Source: a virus. From it: a DNA stretch of 64,000 nt. The position numbers were made by a program, and so were the translations under genes. The notes below the pieces were generated by a model. That model saw only the letters and a program-made list of their open reading frames with translations, did not search any database and had not been told where the DNA came from. The stretch is from positions 11,071 to 75,070 of IMG/VR virus record IMGVR_UViG_3300027631_002653. The stretch is one strand, 5' to 3'. Below, piece after piece: positions 42,101-51,536 of the stretch. Within the stretch, counting starts at the first letter, position 1. Every line of letters starts with the position of its first letter.

Positions 42101-42302
42101 TTTAGACTTTGATGATACGATAGTTCCTTTTGATGAAATATCAGAAGATCAAGGTTTAAAATTAGTTATTGATAAAAGGTCCCTATTATATTTATTAGGA
42201 ACCGAACTTGATTTTACAGACGGTCTAAATGGTAAAGGATTCTTATTCACTAATCCAAACGCAAGTAGAACTTGTGGTTGTGGTGAGAGTTTTGGAATAT
42301 AA
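41970..42302 (+). CDS. iscA: A-type Fe-S carrier IscA/HesB
   Basis: GGGCSGLTY and NPNASRTCGCGESF. Confidence 0.95.
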   Translation: MKIFTLTTKAKSQLDKLMVEEQCTEDHFLRVSVKGGGCSGLTYDLDFDDTIVPFDEISEDQGLKLVIDKRSLLYLLGTELDFTDGLNGKGFLFTNPNASRTCGCGESFGI

Positions 42303-42313
42303 TATATAATAGA

Positions 42314-42733
42314 TTGAAAACAACTTATCAAACTAAATTTTCATTATTCTTTGCAGATGGTAAGCGACTTACCTATGGAAATTGCTTGATTGCTTGTATT
42401 GCCTCTATTTTGGACCAACCAATTGATGAAGTACCTAATGTTTATACATTTTATGGTTTAGATGATAAGGAAGATAAGGTTACTGAAAATCATCTGTGGT
42501 TTAAGACAATGAATATTTGGCTTAATTTAAAACATAAAAAACAATTAATTAAACATGATTTAACTGAACCTACAGAACAAGAATATGTTGTTATGAGAGG
42601 CTTATCTAAACGTGGTAATCCACATTGTTGTATTTATATTAATGATGAAAATGGTTTATTATTGCCTTATTTTGACCCTCATCCAACATCACAGTTTCTA
42701 TTTGAGGAACAATATTATTATACTATAGAGTAA
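42314..42733 (+). CDS. hypothetical protein
   Basis: GNCLIACIASIL, H and DPHP motifs (possible papain-like fold); TTG start. Confidence 0.6.
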   Translation: MKTTYQTKFSLFFADGKRLTYGNCLIACIASILDQPIDEVPNVYTFYGLDDKEDKVTENHLWFKTMNIWLNLKHKKQLIKHDLTEPTEQEYVVMRGLSKRGNPHCCIYINDENGLLLPYFDPHPTSQFLFEEQYYYTIE

Positions 42734-42739
42734 AAAGTT

Positions 42740-43000
42740 ATGATATTAAATGAAGTTATTTGGCACAACGGAAACGCCTATAAAATTATTAGAAAAATTA
42801 AACAGCATCAAGTTTCACCTAAAGGTATTTTAAATAAAGAAATACTTGCTGAGTGGAGAGATTATGTTGGAGCCGATCACGTTTTACAACAACACGATGA
42901 ATTCTGGTTGTGTGAAACAATTCCAGAAGCAATACTTATAGAAGATGAAATTCAAAATTTGGTGGAAGAATCTGTGGTATCACATGAAGAAAATACATAA
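42740..43000 (+). CDS. hypothetical protein
   Basis: ORF track. Confidence 0.65.
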   Translation: MILNEVIWHNGNAYKIIRKIKQHQVSPKGILNKEILAEWRDYVGADHVLQQHDEFWLCETIPEAILIEDEIQNLVEESVVSHEENT

Positions 43001-43032
43001 TTTAGGTTATGGTAGTAGGTTTTAAAAATAAA

Positions 43033-44148
43033 ATGAAACGTATATTAATGCTGTTAATGCTTTTGGTCTCCTTAGCATCAGCGAACGCAAAATGTGATTG
43101 GAGCTCACTAAAACTCCAACAATGGAATGAACGTAATTACTATAAATGGTATGTAAGTGGAAAAGTATTAGATGACACTTGTGTTGATTGGATGTTTATG
43201 GTTTACGATTTTCAAACCAAAAAGACTGATACTTTAAATGATAATAGAGGTTTAGTTGAGGTTTTATTTAATAAAAAAGGCAAATACAAAATGTATTTGA
43301 AGGTATGGAACAAATGTTTAAAATGTGATACAACTTTATATCGTGAGGTAAACATCGTTCAATTTCCAGGTGCTTCAGTATCCAGCACTATAAACGCTTT
43401 AAATTGTAAAAACTATAAGTTTGAGTTGAGTTATATTAAAGGTTTTTCAGTAAAAGACACTTGTATGGATTATTACTTGATGTTTTATTCAGGACCTTGG
43501 ATGGCTAAAATGACTCAAAGTGAGTGGGATAATTTGACTGATTATCAAATTGGGATGGAGTATGATTTTCCAGATGCTGATTATTTAGGTTATACTGAAA
43601 CACGAGTTGTAGATTATACTTTTAAGAACGCTGGTCGTGTATTAATGATTGCTCAATGGTGGAACAAATGTATTGCCCAAGACACATTCATGTTTAGGAA
43701 GTTAGATGTTTGTAAAACAACTACAAAACCTAGATGTAATTGGTCTAAACTTGGATTTGGATATAATAACAAATGTAATACTTATGTTTTTGAATTAGGT
43801 TCACTTGATACTTGTATTAGTTATACAACTTACATCTATAATTTAAAAACCGGTAGATGGGTTGATACGTTTAGAACAAGAATTTTTACTAAAACATTTG
43901 CCGATACAGGTAAGTATAAAATATATGTTATAGCTAAAAATAAATGTGGTGGGTGTGATACTGCTTATTATAATTGGATACGGGTTGAATGTCAACAAAC
44001 ATCAGGTATTAATGAAGTTATTAAAAGTGAACCTAAGTTAATTAGTATGTATGATATGTTAGGTCGTCCCGTTCATAATGCTCGTGAAAATGAAATTACT
44101 ATTTATTTATATAGTGATGGTTCAACACGCAAAGTAATTAAAAAATAA
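43033..44148 (+). CDS. secreted Cys-rich protein with three PKD/Ig-like repeats and a T9SS-like C-terminal sorting tail
   Basis: Signal peptide MKRILMLLMLLVSLASANA; three DTC...NKC repeats; tail YDMLGRPV...IYLYSDGSTRKVIKK. Confidence 0.7.
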   Translation: MKRILMLLMLLVSLASANAKCDWSSLKLQQWNERNYYKWYVSGKVLDDTCVDWMFMVYDFQTKKTDTLNDNRGLVEVLFNKKGKYKMYLKVWNKCLKCDTTLYREVNIVQFPGASVSSTINALNCKNYKFELSYIKGFSVKDTCMDYYLMFYSGPWMAKMTQSEWDNLTDYQIGMEYDFPDADYLGYTETRVVDYTFKNAGRVLMIAQWWNKCIAQDTFMFRKLDVCKTTTKPRCNWSKLGFGYNNKCNTYVFELGSLDTCISYTTYIYNLKTGRWVDTFRTRIFTKTFADTGKYKIYVIAKNKCGGCDTAYYNWIRVECQQTSGINEVIKSEPKLISMYDMLGRPVHNARENEITIYLYSDGSTRKVIKK

Positions 44149-44167
44149 TTTAAAAATAATTCATGAG

Positions 44168-44193
44168 AGGGTTGGCTTAGCCAACCCTTTTTT
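44168..44193 (+). terminator. intrinsic terminator overlapping a promoter
   Basis: AGGGTTGGC-TTA-GCCAACCCT followed by TTTTT. Confidence 0.8.
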
Positions 44194-44200
44194 GTATATT
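44171..44200 (+). promoter_or_regulatory. phage promoter within terminator hairpin
   Basis: GTTGG-N17-TGTATATT. Confidence 0.7.
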
Positions 44201-44217
44201 CACGTATAATAAAGGTT

Positions 44218-46800
44218 ATGAAACAAATTATAAATCAAGAAAAATTAACACACGGTTTATTTAAAATTATTTATTCTGATGGTTCTATGGAATATCGATC
44301 TGTAGAATATACTTATGAATATCCCCAATTTACCAAAAATGAAAAATTAGGTCTTTTATTACTTAAATCAGGTATTACTGGTGGGTATTTTACATCTGGG
44401 GAATTTCTTAGATCAAAAAAACGAGATAATCCAGGAATTAAGTTTATAAGATGGGAATTTGATAATATACCTAATAATTGGGATAGTATTACTGCTCGTA
44501 AATATCAAAATTTAAAAGATAAATTATTTAAAAATTATATGGAACCTTATAGGATTAAATATAATAATCATATTGGTGAAGAATTTTATGAGTCTGATAA
44601 TAATTGTAATCTTAATGAATTAATTAATAATACTTGGGATAAAGCCCGTAAAGAAGCACATGATATAATAGTTGGTGCTATTATAGATAAAAAATCATCT
44701 CCAGGTATGTCTTATCGTCCTGGACAAGAACAACAAACTGATACTTTATATAAAAATCTAATTAATAAGTTATTTACTGAGGGAGAATTACCTCCGGGAT
44801 TAGGTAAAACTCCTATTTTTTATTTTTTAGGTAAAAAACTTGATAATAATTCTAATTTTAACTCTCGTGTTAAATTATATGTTACTGATACTGTAAAAAA
44901 CACAACTGAATTGGTTTGGAAAATGTATAATTATAATTTAATAGACAAAAAAGTTCTTCCTAATATAGTTGTTGTTAATTCTGAAGAACCTAATAATAAT
45001 AAAATTATGAAAAGTGGGGCTCGTGTAATTCCAGCAATGAATGGAGAAAATCCATCATTAATTAATTTATTAAAAGAAATTGTAAGTAATAATGAAGAAT
45101 ATAATTTATTCACAACTTATTATAGTTTGGGTGAATTACTTAAAGCTATTAATGATTTTGATGATTTTCCTTTAATGCCTCTTTTTAGAGACGAAGCCCA
45201 TGTATCAACTGAAAAAAATATTGATCATCCATTTAATGCTTTTTTAGTATATAAACATTTATTTTGGGGTGGAGTTGGTTTAACAGGATCAGCAATTCGT
45301 CGTCCTTCAAATTCTAATAATTTAAATATTTTTTATAATGGTGATCAAGGAGGTAATTTAGATTTAATTGTTACCGAATCTGAAGCACGTGCTCAGGGTT
45401 TAATTGCTGAACAAAAATTATTATTAATTCCTGTTCCTCCTAGTAGTGAAGAATTAAAACGAGCCATCCGTAATAGAAGTAAAGTTCGTCTTAGATTAGG
45501 TGTAAGTAAAATTAATGGGAGAGAAGTTGTTATTCGAACTAGAGCTTCAATGTTATTAGTTAAACGTGGTTTAGAAGAAGCTATTAAAGTAGGTAAACAC
45601 CATATTCATATTCCAACAACATCACGTGCTATTACTAGAAAAATGGTTCAAGCTATTAAACTCATGAAAGAATGTGGGATTATTCCTTCTAAATATCGTG
45701 TATTTGAAGCTCTTCTTAAAGATGGGGATAAAACATTAGAAGAATGGAATAATGAAGATTTTGCTATTGTTGTTGGGACTAGATGGATGAATAGAGGAAC
45801 AGATACTGTTAAATGTGATTGTCAAATTTATACTTATGTCCCTACTTCAGAAGCAATTGCTATTCAATTAAAAGGTCGTGGCCATAGAACACATGATTCT
45901 AAAGATTATTTTTTGATGGTAATTTGTGAATTTGAAGGTGAACTTAGAGCTAATCCTTTATTTATAATAGCTGAACGTGAACTTAATGGTGGTGGATATG
46001 CTATTGTTGGAAATGATCCAATTCAACAAGATCTTAATCTTAATCCAGACGCACCATTTGTACCCGAAGAGCCATTTGAAAATGAAAATATAGAAGATTT
46101 AAGTGGAAGAACAAATCCTACCGTAGATGCCTTAGACAATAATGAAATTGTTTTATTACAAGGTGAAGGTAGTGATCCTGAAATGTTTTTGGAATATAGA
46201 GATTTAACAGAGGCTATAACTACTGATACTTATACAGATGAATATGGTAATGATTTATTTAGTAGAATGGCTGCTGCTAAAGATTTAAATTATGATATAG
46301 TTGCTAAAAAAGCTTTGGAATTTGAATCTCGTGAAGTTTTTAGAGATAATGCTAGAAGTGAGTATAATTGGGCTATGAATAGATTGGTTTTAGAGCAAGT
46401 ATGTAATCATATGGATGTCCTTAGAATTTCAATTTGGAGCTTTCAATTGTTACTAGATAAAGGTAAACTTCAAAAACATAAAAATATTTCCCAATTTATT
46501 CTTAATGGTAATTCAAGTAAATTTTATTCTCTTTCTGATGAAGATAAGGAAAAAGTAAAGAATTATTATGGAGATCAAAAAAATAAACCAGTAGATATGT
46601 TGGATGAATTGACTAGAGATTATATAAGAACCTTTCCTTCAGCAAAAGCAGCAGCTAAATTTATAGAAAAAGAATCCAGCAGCTCAGAAATTAACAATTG
46701 TTGTAATAAAAAAGTTATGAAAAATGGTAAAATTAAAGAATCTTTTGGAGGATATGGATGGAGAAGATCAGAAATAAATTTTAAATTAGATGTAAAATAA
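44218..46800 (+). CDS. SF2 (DEAH) helicase-like protein with C-terminal NUMOD1-like DNA-binding domain
   Basis: PGLGKT, DEAH, LTGS, MNRGTD, QLKGRGHR; C-terminal KPVDMLD...FPSAKAAA...INNCC...GGYGW. Confidence 0.7.
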   Translation: MKQIINQEKLTHGLFKIIYSDGSMEYRSVEYTYEYPQFTKNEKLGLLLLKSGITGGYFTSGEFLRSKKRDNPGIKFIRWEFDNIPNNWDSITARKYQNLKDKLFKNYMEPYRIKYNNHIGEEFYESDNNCNLNELINNTWDKARKEAHDIIVGAIIDKKSSPGMSYRPGQEQQTDTLYKNLINKLFTEGELPPGLGKTPIFYFLGKKLDNNSNFNSRVKLYVTDTVKNTTELVWKMYNYNLIDKKVLPNIVVVNSEEPNNNKIMKSGARVIPAMNGENPSLINLLKEIVSNNEEYNLFTTYYSLGELLKAINDFDDFPLMPLFRDEAHVSTEKNIDHPFNAFLVYKHLFWGGVGLTGSAIRRPSNSNNLNIFYNGDQGGNLDLIVTESEARAQGLIAEQKLLLIPVPPSSEELKRAIRNRSKVRLRLGVSKINGREVVIRTRASMLLVKRGLEEAIKVGKHHIHIPTTSRAITRKMVQAIKLMKECGIIPSKYRVFEALLKDGDKTLEEWNNEDFAIVVGTRWMNRGTDTVKCDCQIYTYVPTSEAIAIQLKGRGHRTHDSKDYFLMVICEFEGELRANPLFIIAERELNGGGYAIVGNDPIQQDLNLNPDAPFVPEEPFENENIEDLSGRTNPTVDALDNNEIVLLQGEGSDPEMFLEYRDLTEAITTDTYTDEYGNDLFSRMAAAKDLNYDIVAKKALEFESREVFRDNARSEYNWAMNRLVLEQVCNHMDVLRISIWSFQLLLDKGKLQKHKNISQFILNGNSSKFYSLSDEDKEKVKNYYGDQKNKPVDMLDELTRDYIRTFPSAKAAAKFIEKESSSSEINNCCNKKVMKNGKIKESFGGYGWRRSEINFKLDVK

Positions 46801-46801
46801 A

Positions 46802-46831
46802 TTTGGCTTCCTGAAAGATTGTTCGTATATT
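46802..46831 (+). promoter_or_regulatory. phage promoter
   Basis: TTTGG-N17-CGTATATT. Confidence 0.8.
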
Positions 46832-46837
46832 CACGGT

Positions 46838-47047
46838 ATGGAAATAAAGGTTATAATAAACAAAGAATTAGTTTTAAAAGCAGTAGGATTATTTTACATG
46901 ACTATTGAAATGGACAACATGGATTCACAAGATGAGCGATATGCTGGTTTGTATGAAATGGAATGTAAACTATTTGATTTAATGGCTAAGATGGAATCAG
47001 AGGAACTTCAGGTGTATAAAGAATTAATTAATCACGGATTAAAATAA
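46838..47047 (+). CDS. hypothetical protein, probably leaderless
   Basis: ATG at predicted +1 of promoter 46802. Confidence 0.65.
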   Translation: MEIKVIINKELVLKAVGLFYMTIEMDNMDSQDERYAGLYEMECKLFDLMAKMESEELQVYKELINHGLK

Positions 47048-47056
47048 ATAAAATTT

Positions 47057-47251
47057 ATGGCAGATAATAAAAATACATCAAACGGAATTGGATTAGGTAC
47101 AATCCTATGTTTAATCTTTTTAACACTTAAACTAGGTGGTTGGGGTGTAGTAGCAACATGGTCATGGTGGTGGGTATTTAGTCCAATTTGGATTCCAATA
47201 GCATTTATAGTAATTATTGTTTTAATAGTAGGTATAATTCATAATATATGA
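47057..47251 (+). CDS. small membrane protein
   Basis: LKL...WSWWWVFSPIW conserved phage membrane pattern. Confidence 0.75.
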   Translation: MADNKNTSNGIGLGTILCLIFLTLKLGGWGVVATWSWWWVFSPIWIPIAFIVIIVLIVGIIHNI

Positions 47252-47943
47252 TAATTACTTTTATAAGCGATACCCATACTAAACATCGCCACGTAGAAGA
47301 TGATTTACCAGGTGGTGATTTATTAATCCACGCTGGTGATATCATGAACTCAGGTTATGATGAAAATGATGTATGGGAATTTCTAGATTGGTTCGATAAA
47401 CAAGAAAAATATAAAGGACACGTTTTTATTGCTGGTAATCATGACAGGTATTTTGAAAATAAACCTGATGAAACTAAAAATATATTACGTGAATATCCTT
47501 ATATAACATATCTACAAGATAACTCATTACTTTATACTAATGAAGAAACTAATGATGCTTGTTCAATTTATGGTTCACCTTGGCAACCAACATTTCACAA
47601 CTGGGCATTTAATTTACCTCGTAATGGTGAAGAATTACTAAATAAATGGAATGATATTCCAGAAGATATTGATATTCTAATTACACACGGACCACCTTGG
47701 GGTCATTTAGATGTTACCCCATATGGTAACTTAAATGTAGGGTGTGAGGTATTACGTGAGCGTATAGAAGTTATTAAACCAAAAATTCATGTGTTTGGAC
47801 ACGTTCATAGTGGTTATGGTTATAAGTTTCATAACGGAACACATTTCGTTAATGCTTCGGTTTTAAATGAACGTTATAATTATAAAAATAAACCAATTAC
47901 AATTGATTGGAATGTTGAACATAATACAATAAAATTTATATGA
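47248..47943 (+). CDS. calcineurin-like metallophosphoesterase
   Basis: SDTH, HAGD, GNHD, THGPP, FGHVH. Confidence 0.9.
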   Translation: MIITFISDTHTKHRHVEDDLPGGDLLIHAGDIMNSGYDENDVWEFLDWFDKQEKYKGHVFIAGNHDRYFENKPDETKNILREYPYITYLQDNSLLYTNEETNDACSIYGSPWQPTFHNWAFNLPRNGEELLNKWNDIPEDIDILITHGPPWGHLDVTPYGNLNVGCEVLRERIEVIKPKIHVFGHVHSGYGYKFHNGTHFVNASVLNERYNYKNKPITIDWNVEHNTIKFI

Positions 47944-48434
47944 AAAAGATTTGGAGTGAGGTAAAATGGTTTTTTAGACAATTAAACCGTTCATTTGCGT
48001 ATTTTAAACACGCTTGGGGTGGTTATGATTGGGATTATAGTTATTCAATTGGTATGTTTCAATACAGTCTAGAACGTTTAGCTACTAACCTAGATTCAAA
48101 CTCAGCATATGGTACAGATGCTAAAAATAAAGCATCACGTTGTAAAATGATTGCTGAATTAATGGGACGAGTTAATAAAGACTATTATGCTATGAAATAT
48201 GCTGAAGTATTAGAAAACATGTATGGTAAGTGTGAATTGGTGAGTAAGGAAATAGGTGATGGTAACTACCAGTTTGTTGGTTGGAAATGGGAAAAAGCGG
48301 TTGATGATAAACACAACGATGATATTAATGATCTTAGTAGGGAACTAATGAAATGGGGCGAGGAAAAGCAAAAACGTGCTGAGATACTACTATGGAAATT
48401 AGTAGCACATAATATTAAATATTTTTGGGATTAA
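47940..48434 (+). CDS. hypothetical protein
   Basis: DWD motif; C-terminal FWD. Confidence 0.7.
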   Translation: MKKIWSEVKWFFRQLNRSFAYFKHAWGGYDWDYSYSIGMFQYSLERLATNLDSNSAYGTDAKNKASRCKMIAELMGRVNKDYYAMKYAEVLENMYGKCELVSKEIGDGNYQFVGWKWEKAVDDKHNDDINDLSRELMKWGEEKQKRAEILLWKLVAHNIKYFWD

Positions 48435-48452
48435 TTTGGAATCATTCCAAAT
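48434..48452. promoter_or_regulatory. 19-bp palindrome ATTTGGAATCATTCCAAAT (Fur-box-like)
   Basis: Perfect 9-1-9 inverted repeat 10 bp upstream of promoter 48463. Confidence 0.6.
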
Positions 48453-48462
48453 GAACAATAAA

Positions 48463-48492
48463 TTTGGCTATATGAAATATCATTCGTATATT
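48463..48492 (+). promoter_or_regulatory. phage promoter
   Basis: TTTGG-N17-CGTATATT. Confidence 0.8.
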
Positions 48493-48514
48493 CACATATA
48501 AAGAAATAAAAGTT

Positions 48515-48784
48515 ATGACATTCAAAGAACTAAATTTTAAGGACACAAAATCCAACAATGGTATTCATGCTATTGTTAAATTTGAAAACAACTATGGAGC
48601 ATCAGTTGTTAAGCATGATCATTCATATGGTGGTAAGGATGGATTATATGAATTAGCAGTAACTCAATATGATGAGAATGGAGATTGGGATATTTGTTAT
48701 GATACTCCAATCACAGATGATGTATTAGGTTATTTAACCGAAGATAATGTAACAGATTATCTAAAACAAATTAAACAGTTATGA
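48515..48784 (+). CDS. conserved phage hypothetical protein
   Basis: FENNYGASVV...GLYELAV...DDVLGYLT. Confidence 0.75.
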   Translation: MTFKELNFKDTKSNNGIHAIVKFENNYGASVVKHDHSYGGKDGLYELAVTQYDENGDWDICYDTPITDDVLGYLTEDNVTDYLKQIKQL

Positions 48785-49473
48785 GCAAAATAAATAAAAA
48801 TAGTAAATTTTACATCCCACCAACGTTTAAACAACGTATGGAGAATCTTAAATATTCAATCCTATTTTGGAGAGGACGTAGTAAGGGTATGATTTACACT
48901 CGTAATATTGAATTAGATGATTTCCGTTACATATTCTTTCCTAAAGGATTTGAAAAGTATGGATATTTAGGAACACAAATATGGGATGAAGGAGGTGTTT
49001 ATTTTAATGCTCTTTATCCATTAGTATTAGCTATGGACTATGAAGCTAAGCCTAAATTCTGCCCAAGGTGGTTTTTACGCTTCTTACATGTGTTTGGTAG
49101 TGATAAATCAATTGTAAGAGTCCGTAATTGGACTTTGCATGACTTACTACGTAATCTAACTAAAGGTATTGCCTTTGTAGATTGGAAGACTAAGTGGCAT
49201 GATTATGATTTACGTATTTCAATTCATGCACCTAAGCACTTACAGAACCTAGCTGATGATATAGAACACGGATTTTATTCTAGAGGTGCACAAGAAGAGT
49301 TAGTTGAACAAATTTTAGCAATAGATCCTAATGCTTGTATTATTTGGGGTAGTGTTGAAAGATTTAATAAACAATTAGAGAAACTAGAAGCCGAAAAAGA
49401 AAATCGAGATAAGCAATTAGATTTCCTTACTCAACAAGCTCAAGAATTAAACTTAGGGGATAAAAATGCCTGA
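48781..49473 (+). CDS. hypothetical protein
   Basis: Coupled ORF. Confidence 0.7.
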   Translation: MSKINKNSKFYIPPTFKQRMENLKYSILFWRGRSKGMIYTRNIELDDFRYIFFPKGFEKYGYLGTQIWDEGGVYFNALYPLVLAMDYEAKPKFCPRWFLRFLHVFGSDKSIVRVRNWTLHDLLRNLTKGIAFVDWKTKWHDYDLRISIHAPKHLQNLADDIEHGFYSRGAQEELVEQILAIDPNACIIWGSVERFNKQLEKLEAEKENRDKQLDFLTQQAQELNLGDKNA

Positions 49474-49975
49474 GTATCTTAAAACAGCATTTATAAAAGA
49501 CCTAGAATCACAGGTTATGATGGGTAAACTTTCATACACCAGAATGCTTGAATTAATACAGGAAGAAGTAATAAAAAATTATAATAAGATGATAACCGGA
49601 GTACAGCCTAAAATACTATTAACTCAAGATGAGAATGGTAATCTAAAAATGGATGATGAAATGGGTAAACTATTTTTTGACGATCCTAATGCTAATATGA
49701 ACTATAAACTAGTTCGTGAAAGAGATGGTTTAACAAAGTATGGACGAGAAATGGGGTGGATTGAATTTCATGAAAATGGTACATTTAAAGAAAAACATGA
49801 TGAACCAGCTATTGGTAGGTCATGTATGTTAGATCCACACCGATTTAGTTTTACTTGGTTAACTACATCAGTTACTAAAATTGTAGAACAACGAGACGAT
49901 TATATTAAATTCAACACTAATAATAGTGTATATGAATTATTTAAATTAAATAAACAAAATGAAGATACAATTTAA
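49466..49975 (+). CDS. hypothetical protein
   Basis: Coupled ORF. Confidence 0.7.
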   Translation: MPEYLKTAFIKDLESQVMMGKLSYTRMLELIQEEVIKNYNKMITGVQPKILLTQDENGNLKMDDEMGKLFFDDPNANMNYKLVRERDGLTKYGREMGWIEFHENGTFKEKHDEPAIGRSCMLDPHRFSFTWLTTSVTKIVEQRDDYIKFNTNNSVYELFKLNKQNEDTI

Positions 49976-50099
49976 TAATATTGCTTACCAATTTTATTTA
50001 GTACCCACTATTAAGGTAACTGATGATAAATTTTTATTTGGTTATTATGGTATTGAGTTTATTTGGTTAAAGTGGGGTATTGAGATTATTTGGAATTAA
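49959..50099 (+). CDS. small hypothetical protein (46 aa)
   Basis: Hand-translated MKIQFNN...EIIWN. Confidence 0.5.
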   Translation: MKIQFNNIAYQFYLVPTIKVTDDKFLFGYYGIEFIWLKWGIEIIWN

Positions 50100-50106
50100 T
50101 CCAAAT
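50088..50106. promoter_or_regulatory. 19-bp palindrome ATTTGGAATTAATCCAAAT (Fur-box-like)
   Basis: 7-5-7 inverted repeat upstream of promoter 50127. Confidence 0.55.
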
Positions 50107-50126
50107 GAACAATAATTAACCTAATA

Positions 50127-50156
50127 CTTGGGTATGTAAATAATTGTTCGTATATT
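50127..50156 (+). promoter_or_regulatory. phage promoter
   Basis: CTTGG-N17-CGTATATT. Confidence 0.75.
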
Positions 50157-50170
50157 AAATTAAATAAAAA

Positions 50171-50365
50171 ATGACACTATTAGAATTAAAAATGTGGCTT
50201 GATGAAATTCCAGCTGAACAGCTTACTTATGATTTAGTAGCTATGATTATAGATGATGAAGAATCAACTCAATATAAATTATTTACTCCTATATTAGGAA
50301 TGAATGAAGATAATGAAATTGACGGTACATTAATTTTTATATTAGATAAAGATTTTTCTTGGTAA
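50171..50365 (+). CDS. hypothetical protein
   Basis: Behind promoter. Confidence 0.6.
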   Translation: MTLLELKMWLDEIPAEQLTYDLVAMIIDDEESTQYKLFTPILGMNEDNEIDGTLIFILDKDFSW

Positions 50366-50370
50366 AAAAA

Positions 50371-50400
50371 TTTGGCTTCCTGAAGGATTGTTCGTATATT
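50371..50400 (+). promoter_or_regulatory. phage promoter
   Basis: TTTGG-N17-CGTATATT. Confidence 0.8.
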
Positions 50401-50421
50401 GACGACATAGAAATAAAGGTT

Positions 50422-50694
50422 ATGGAAAAAATAAAAATAAACTCAAATTACAAATTCACTTTCGACACTGATGTTGAACTTAGAAGAGCCCAATCATCAG
50501 GCCACATTGAATCATATGATATGGTTCGTATCTGTATTAAAAGATTAGATAATGGAAACCAAGTTGATTTTCCAATCAAATCTAGAGAAGATTATTTTGA
50601 TCAAGTTGCTAGTTTGAATGAAAGATCTAACGAGTATGATATGGTAGAAATTTACCAAGATACTCATTCATATAATATATACGATTATATTTAA
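50422..50694 (+). CDS. hypothetical protein
   Basis: Start after AAAGGTT leader. Confidence 0.65.
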   Translation: MEKIKINSNYKFTFDTDVELRRAQSSGHIESYDMVRICIKRLDNGNQVDFPIKSREDYFDQVASLNERSNEYDMVEIYQDTHSYNIYDYI

Positions 50695-50706
50695 TAAATA
50701 AAGGTT

Positions 50707-50892
50707 ATGAAAAAATTCAATAAAATCAGTAGAGAAAAATGGAACCAATTGAAACGTATTGCCGACATGTATGAGGTAGTAGGTTATCAAGGGGGTAAGA
50801 ATGTTAATTATGATGAAGTAAAAGTTTGGTGTAGAGATAAGTGGGATAACATTAGATATAGTCACGTAGTAATTAATCAAAACTGGTATTAA
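50707..50892 (+). CDS. hypothetical protein
   Basis: AAAGGTTATG start. Confidence 0.65.
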   Translation: MKKFNKISREKWNQLKRIADMYEVVGYQGGKNVNYDEVKVWCRDKWDNIRYSHVVINQNWY

Positions 50893-50907
50893 TAAAAAAA
50901 TAAAAAC

Positions 50908-51090
50908 ATGGCATTTGAAAACGTAGTATTTTGGAAAGATGGTTTCGACGAGGGTGAAGCAAAAGGTGGTATTTTTGTTCGTTCATTTGATTTGAAAAAA
51001 TTTCTTGAAAAGGTAGAAGAAGATGGTACCGAAGTTGTAGGTATTAAATTTGAAGATAACAATATGGAAATAATTACTAAGGTACAATAA
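50908..51090 (+). CDS. hypothetical protein
   Basis: ORF track. Confidence 0.65.
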   Translation: MAFENVVFWKDGFDEGEAKGGIFVRSFDLKKFLEKVEEDGTEVVGIKFEDNNMEIITKVQ

Positions 51091-51335
51091 TGGCTGCTGA
51101 TAGTAATCATTATGGAGATGTATTTAAGTGGATACTAAAAGTTATTGATTCATGCGATAAGTATCCTCAAATATTTACAGCCCATAAACTAGTAGATATT
51201 TTTTGTAGTATGAAATATCCTTCATTAGAATGGTATGAAAAATCAAACATGGATAGGGACGTAATTAGTGCTGTTCATGATAAACAACGCCAACTATTAA
51301 ATAAATATTACGACAATGGATTTACAAGAGCTTGA
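51090..51335 (+). CDS. hypothetical protein
   Basis: Coupled ORF. Confidence 0.6.
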   Translation: MAADSNHYGDVFKWILKVIDSCDKYPQIFTAHKLVDIFCSMKYPSLEWYEKSNMDRDVISAVHDKQRQLLNKYYDNGFTRA

Positions 51336-51525
51336 AAAAATGATTAATACTTACCTTAATGACATTGAGTCATTTGGTGAAGAAGATGAATATAATGGTG
51401 CCAAAGAAGTATTGATTGATTTCCTACTATACTACCAGACTATGGAAGACAATATTGATGATAATTTAGATACATGGAATGAAGCACCATATAGTGATTA
51501 TGAAGATAGTAATAACGAAGATTAA
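51316..51525 (+). CDS. acidic hypothetical protein
   Basis: ORF track. Confidence 0.6.
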   Translation: MDLQELEKMINTYLNDIESFGEEDEYNGAKEVLIDFLLYYQTMEDNIDDNLDTWNEAPYSDYEDSNNED

Positions 51526-51536
51526 AAATAAAGACA

